From: Squalus acanthias
Taxonomy: Eukaryota
Assembly (NCBI GenBank): GCA_030390025.1
Contig: CM059432.1
Span: 129,830,001-129,894,000 of the forward strand
Reading direction: 5' to 3'
Length of the DNA: 64,000 nucleotides
This document shows positions 59,201 through 64,000 of the stretch, piece after piece. A program made the translations under genes and the position numbers. Position 1 is the first letter of the stretch. Each line of letters starts with the position of its first letter. The notes beneath the pieces were generated by a model, which ran no database searches, was not told the origin of the DNA, and was given only the letters and a program-made list of their open reading frames with translations.

Positions 59201-59284
59201 ATGGTACAGACTGTTTTCAGTGTCTCGATTGTTTAGTGTTGATATGGTACAGACTGGTTTCAGTGTCTCCGATGGTGTAGTTTT
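35270..59284 (+). repeat. Right satellite domain: mosaic of duplicated multi-monomer modules with its own variant set
   Basis: Diagnostic variants (frequent 44-bp monomers, ggcacagactgtttt, tctagttgg, cagtactctg, ttaagtgtctcgatggcatag, atgggtcag) recur at offsets such as 2700, 3512, 2144, 2056, 4199, 11185 and 13241 bp, read from the repeated ORF starts. Confidence 0.9.
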
Positions 59285-60230
59285 AAGAACACAAGTACAC
59301 AAGAATTAGGAGCAAGAGTAGGCCGTACAGCCCCTCATGCCTGCTGCGCCATTCAATAAGATCATGGCTGCTCAACTCTACTTTCCGGCGTGATCCCCAT
59401 ATCCCTCGATTCCCCTGAAATCAAAAAATCTAACTATATCAGTTTTGGATATACTCAATGACTAAGCATCCACAGCCCTCTGGGGCAGAGAATTCCAAAG
59501 TTTCACAACCTCTGAGTGAAGAAATTCCTCCTCATCTCAGTCTTAAATGGCCGACCCCTTATCCTAAGCCTATGCCCCCTCGTTCTAGACTCACCAGCCA
59601 GGGGAAACAACCTCTCAGCATCTACCCTGTCAATCCCCCTCAGAATCTTCAATGAGATCACCTCTCATTCTTCTAAACTCCAGGGTATAGGCCCAATCTA
59701 CTCAATCCCTCCTCATAGGACAGCCCTCTCATCCCAGGAATCAATCTAGTGAAACTTCGTTGCACCGTCTCCAAGGCAACTATATCCTTCCTTAAATAAA
59801 GAGACCAAAACTGTGCACAGTACTCCAGGTGTGGTCTCATCAAAGCCCGGTACAATTGTAGCAAAACTTCCTTACTCTTGTACACTAACCCCCCCCCTTG
59901 CAATAAAGGCCAGCATGCCATTTGCTTTCCTAATTGCTTGTTGTACCTGCATGCTAACGCTCTGTGTTTCCTATACGAGGACCCTGAAATCTCGCTGAAC
60001 ACCAACGTTTACTAGTTTTTCACCATTTAAAAAATATTCTGTTTTCCTATTCTTCCTAACAAATTGAGTAACATTACATTTCCCCACATTATACTCCATC
60101 TGCCACCTTAGTGCCCACTCACTTAACCTGTCCATATCAGTTTGCAGGCTCTTTGTGTCCTCTGCACAGCTTACTTTCCCACCTAGCTTTGCATCGTCAG
60201 CAAACTAGGAGACAATACACTATCTGTCAT
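59285..60230 (-). mobile_element. 5'-truncated, decayed CR1-clade LINE (RT C-terminal half plus 3' UTR/tail)
   Basis: Minus-strand translation gives FADDAKLGGKVSCAEDTKSLQTDMDRLSEWALRWQMEYNVGKC (FADD at 60193-60204) and LYRALMRPHLEYCAQFWSLYLRKDIVALETVQRSFTRLIPGMRGLSYEE, typical of CR1 ORF2. The 3' end has a GGGCTGTACGGCC stem-loop-like motif and an 8-bp TTCTTGTG/TACTTGTG tail abutting the satellite. Frameshifts are present. Confidence 0.95.
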
Positions 60231-60264
60231 TCCCAAAAGAACAGGAAAACGACTGTTAAATTCT

Positions 60265-60461
60265 GATATGGTACAGGCTGGTTTCAGTGCTCCGATGGTG
60301 TAGTGTTGGTATGGTACAGACTGATTTTAGTGCCCAGATGGTGTAGTTTTGGAATGGTACAGACTAGTTTCAGTGCTCTGATGGTATAGTTTTGGTATGG
60401 TACGGACTGGTTTCAGTGCCCAGATGTTGTACTATTGGTATGGTGCAAACTAGTTTCAGTA
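60265..60461 (+). repeat. About 4.5 diverged orphan monomers of the same satellite beyond the LINE
   Basis: gatatggtacaggctggtttcagtgctccgatggtgtagtgttggtatggtacagactgattttagtgcccag... continues to ...caaactagtttcagta, in the same orientation but more diverged than the main array. Confidence 0.95.
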
Positions 60462-60536
60462 TTGTTTGTGCTGAACCTTATTCATATTCTGCTCATCATA
60501 TCACGAAACTCTGAGCAACTGTTCTTGTCGATTAAG

Positions 60537-60617
60537 GCTGGTACTCATGAATTCATGGTGAGATTCATATTTGAAAGTGACAGTGACTCACTCTTTTCAT
60601 TTTCTCAGCAGGTGAGT
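60537..60617 (+). other. Candidate splice unit: 75-nt exon 60537-60611, or CAG microexon / recursive splice site at 60609-60612
   Basis: Strong donor CAG|GTGAGT (GT at 60612) is directly preceded by a branch-point-like CTCAC and the pyrimidine tract ctcttttcattttctcAG. A weaker upstream acceptor ttcttgtcgattaAG ends at 60536 and gives a stop-free 25-codon frame AGTHEFMVRFIFESDSDSLFSFSQQ. No transcript evidence. Confidence 0.4.
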
Positions 60618-61079
60618 TAAGTTCCTCATTAGTTTTGGGGTATATAATGACTTTTGCTCTGTAAATTACTGAACTGCTGTTATCTCAGCACCAGCAGTCG
60701 AAATACAATCACTGAAGGACCAATTAAAGTGTTGGTGTCCAAAGGAGGCAGAAGTTGTGCAGAAATCTGTAAAATGTTTGTTTTCAATGTGTCGTAACTA
60801 ATGTTTAGAATTTACTGTTGAGACGCCTGCACTGTTTCAGGGTTAAGGAGAAGTGATATTGGAAGCATGGACTCGTTAACCCTGTTTCCCTCCAAATACC
60901 TGTTTGGCAGAAGTGTTTGATGAGTACTACAGCACTGAAGAGGAGCATTAGGCTTGTTAAAAAATTGTTGCCAGAATAATAGGTAATATTATTTGCAGTG
61001 TGTACCAGGTGGGTAATAGTGTAATGATTGGCCCCTGTAACTCTGGTGAGCCTCAGGCACAACTGTATTATCAATTATT

Positions 61080-61915
61080 GCACTGGGCATGTGCTAGATT
61101 TATACTCAAACAAAGGATAGTATGGTTAATATGGTCATGGCAATAGTGATCACAATATTATTAGAATTTACTTAATCAGCCAAACTAAAGCTGTTGAAAA
61201 TGTAATGTTAGTACCCAATTTTATGAGCGATAGATTTGCAAAGATGACAAATGACTTGAACCAGATTGATTGGGTGGAAATATTAGCAACACAGAGGAAA
61301 CATGGAATGCCTTCAAAACCATCCTTATGCAAACAGAAGCTATATATGTCCTTAGAGTTAAGAGAAGGTCACATGGTAAAACAAAGCCAAATAGACTAAT
61401 AGGTCTTGTGTGGAGCATAAAGACTAGCAAGGACCAGTTGGGCCAAATGGCCTGTGTCTGTGCTGTACATTCTATGTAATTCTATATAATGTTTAGTGAC
61501 AAGTCAGGTTCAAGCAGAAATATTTTTGCAGGCTTAAAGAAAATAGTTCTAAGGAGAACAGGGATAGGCAACAAAATATTCCACGTGAGCAACCAAAAGG
61601 ACATTGAAGAAGAAGATAGCGGATAGCTGTGGCAGCAATAGCAAGGTCTTTTTCAGCTATGTTTGGAGTCAGAGGGGCATCAAGGACTGAATTGGGCCAT
61701 GGAAGGATTTCCCAGGGCAGATTTAGGTGAATTCCCAAGATACGGCAGAGGTTTTAAATGGTTACTTTGCGGCAGTCTTCACTAGAGAAGATGTTGTTAA
61801 GTTACCAATTATGTAGCATAGGGTTGATGCTAAAGCTGAAAGTGTCGATGCAGATGCAGATACAGTCCTGACTAGAATAAGCAAACTCAAAACAGATTGG
61901 GCTGCTGGCCTTGAT
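61080..61915 (+). mobile_element. Old, heavily decayed CR1-type ORF2 fragment (end of the APE endonuclease plus the EN-RT linker)
   Basis: Colinear degenerate motifs: GHVLDL (~61085), GNSDHNII (SDH at 61145), DLNQIDW, EETWNAFKTIL, NSKVFFSYV, AEVLNGYFAAVFTRED (61745-61792) and VLTRISKLKTDWAAGLD. Many stops and frameshifts. Confidence 0.8.
61403..61490 (+). mobile_element. Short CR1 3'-terminal fragment (or CR1-tailed SINE end) nested inside the old CR1
   Basis: gtgtggagcataaagactagcaaggaccagttgGGCCaaatGGCCtgtgtctgtgctgtac followed by an (attctatgta)-like tandem tail. The old ORF2 motifs continue colinearly on both sides. Confidence 0.8.
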
Positions 61916-62017
61916 GTACCCAAGAAAATGCCAGAGTGCTCAAATTGCACCTGGAAAACATGTATGAATTCCTTCTATTTATTTATTCAGTTATTTACAT
62001 CATTTTAAAAGATTTTA

Positions 62018-62119
62018 CCCCTTAGTTCCCATGGTGGATATGTCGTTCTTGTTGAAGCTGTCATTGGGGTAGTGCTGCATGAGGGAGGATTTTGCAACTG
62101 TCGAATCTCCAATGACCAG
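62018..62119 (-). pseudogene. Decayed small-GTPase (Rab-like) N-terminal fragment, G1 to G2 region
   Basis: Minus-strand frame LVIGDSTVAKSSLMQHYPNDSFNKNDISTMG aligns without gaps to the Rab8/Rab1-type LLIGDSGVGKx-(15 aa)-ISTIG. The P-loop Gly before Lys is replaced by Ala. The N-terminal side abuts the younger CR1. Confidence 0.55.
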
Positions 62120-62122
62120 CGG

Positions 62123-64000
62123 TATATTCCGCTCAAAAAAACTAAACACTAATGGGACACATGGATGAATAAAGCCATAAGGGAAAATTGAGGGTAAGGA
62201 TAGAGGCATGCATTAAGTACATGGACAGCAGGGGAGAGCATGATAAGGGAGAATACAAAGAGATTAGGAGAGAAGTCAAAATAACAATTAGGAAGGCAAA
62301 GAGGAACTATGAAATTAAATTATCAAGGAACATAAAACAAAATACTAAAATATTTTACAGGCACCTAAATAAAAAAAGGAAGGTCGGGATGGGAATAGGG
62401 CCATTAATGGATGGATAGGATAATACCACAGGCAGCGATAAAGAGATGGCAGAAATATTAAATAATTACTTTGCTTCAGTATTTACCAGGGAGAGAGAAC
62501 AGGTGGACATGACATTGGATGATGAGATTAGTAATGAAATAACTGCATTTAAAATAAAAAGAGGAACTATATTAAATAACTAATCAAACTCAAAGAGGAA
62601 AAAAACCCTGGTCCAGACAGATTACATCCACGCATTTTAAAAGAATCTAGGGAAGAGATAGCAGAGGCACTATTACACATATTTAATAATTCATTAGAAA
62701 AAGGTGTAGTGCCAGAGGACTGGCGGATAGCTAATATAATATCTGTATTTAACAAGGGAAATAGAACATGTCCAGGGAACTATAGACCAGTCAGCTTAAC
62801 ATTGGTGGTAGGAAAAATAAAGGAGAAAATAGAAGAACATCTAGAAACCAAAAATATAATAATGAATAGTAAGTATGGATTTCAAAACGGAAAGTCTTAC
62901 TTGACCAACCTCATTGAATTTTTTGAAGAGGTAACAGAGAGAGTAGACAAGGGTAATGCAGTAGATGTAATTTATTTAGATTTTCAAAAGGCCTTCGATA
63001 AGGTAGCATATAATAGACTAATGAATAAGGTCAGAGAATGCAGAGTCAGGGGACAGCTAGCTGACTTCAAGACAGAAAGCAATGATTAGGGGTAAAAGGT
63101 AGCTATTCACAGTGGCAGAAGGTGGGTAGTGGTGTTTCACAAGGATCAGTGCTGGGCCCACTGTTGTTCACAATTTATATTAACAATTTGGACTTCGGAA
63201 TCAAAAACACAATTTCTAAATTTGCGGATGACACCAAATTGGGATAACCAATACTGAGGAGGAGAGCAACAAATTACAGGAGGACATTAATAAACTTGCA
63301 GAATGGGCATATAATTGGCAAATGAATTTCAACACAGATAAATGTGAGGTATTACATTTTGGTAGGAAGAATAGGGAGGTCTTATTACTTGGAGGGTGCG
63401 AGTCTCGGTGGGGTAGAAGAGCAAAGGGATCTCGGAGTACAAATACACAAATCGCTAAAAGTAGCAACACAGGTTAACAAAGTTATGCTAAACTTGAACG
63501 AACCTTGATTAGACCACACTTGGAGTACTGCATACAATTCTGGTCGCCATATTATAAAAAGGATATAGAGGCACTGGAGAGGGTGCAGAGAAGATTTACA
63601 AGGATGATACCAGAAATGTGAGGGTATACCTATCACGAAAGGATGAACAGGGTGGGTTTCTTTTCTCTTGAAAAAAGAAGGCTGAGTGGTAATCTAATAG
63701 AGGTCTATAAAATTATGAAAGGTTTTGATAGAGTAGATACAGAGAGAGTGTTTCCATTTGTGGGAAGAGCATAACTAGAGGCCATCAATATAAGCTAGTC
63801 ACCAAGAAATCCAATAGGGAATTCAGAAGAAACTTCTTTACCCAAAGAGTGGTGAGAATGTGGAACTTACTACCACAGGGAGTAGTTGAGGCAAATAGTA
63901 TAGATGCATTTAAGGGGAGGCTAGATAAGCATATGAGGGAGAAGGGAATAGAGGGTTATCCTGATAGAGTTAGATGAGGAAAGATGGGAGGAGGCTTAAG
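62123..64000 (+). mobile_element. Younger 5'-truncated CR1 LINE: ORF2 linker, RT and C-terminus, disabled; 3' tail lies beyond the window
   Basis: Motifs in order: [78 protein letters not shown] (63131), FADD (63221-63232), [27 protein letters not shown], ending DRVR* near 63977. Several stops, frameshifts and deletions. Confidence 0.97.

Larger units (their letters stand above)
1..59284 (+). repeat. Tandem satellite/minisatellite array, 42-44 bp monomer, ~1,380 copies, continuing past the left window edge
   Basis: Uninterrupted same-orientation copies of GATGGTGTAGTGTTGGTATGGTACAGACTGGTTTCAGT followed by a variable junction: GTCT (42 bp), GTCTC or GCTCT (43 bp), GTCTCT (44 bp). It ends at ...gatggtgtagtttt where LINE sequence begins. 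Copy number is length divided by 43. Confidence 0.99.

Noticed and set aside
1..59284. CRISPR-like array
   Set aside because: Repeats are contiguous with only a 4-6 bp variable junction. There are no unique spacers and no cas genes, and the context is eukaryotic LINE sequence.
1..59284. Telomeric repeat or telomerase product
   Set aside because: G/T-rich but contains no TTAGGG array; the unit is 43 bp with higher-order structure typical of recombinational amplification.
60620..61075. Minus-strand 89-aa ORF (60805-61074) and surrounding unique sequence
   Set aside because: No recognisable motif or domain; consistent with a chance ORF in intronic or intergenic DNA.
59458..63636. Short ORFs over the LINE regions as independent genes or an active retrotransposon
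   Set aside because: They are either broken CR1 ORF2 pieces or antisense shadows. All copies are 5'-truncated or fragmentary, with stops and frameshifts.

Overview
Eukaryotic, vertebrate-type DNA. The CR1 LINE 3' tails resemble those I recall from cartilaginous fish (shark/ray); this is an inference. Positions 1 to ~59,284 are one head-to-tail tandem array of a 42-44 bp G/T-rich monomer (consensus GATGGTGTAGTGTTGGTATGGTACAGACTGGTTTCAGTGTCTC, roughly 1,380 copies). The array has three layers: a left domain with a ~3.85-4.0 kb higher-order repeat, a nearly substitution-free centre (possibly a consensus/polishing artefact), and a right domain made of reshuffled 2-13 kb modules. The array ends at a minus-strand, 5'-truncated CR1 LINE inserted in register inside a monomer, leaving about 4.5 orphan monomers beyond it. 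The last 3.5 kb contain a candidate splice unit (75-nt exon, 3-nt microexon or recursive AG|GT site), an old CR1 ORF2 relic interrupted by a short CR1 3' tail, a decayed Rab-GTPase-like fragment, and a younger 5'-truncated CR1 running off the window end. I found no intact gene, CRISPR array or convincing novel system. All ORFs inside the array are by-products of the repeat.
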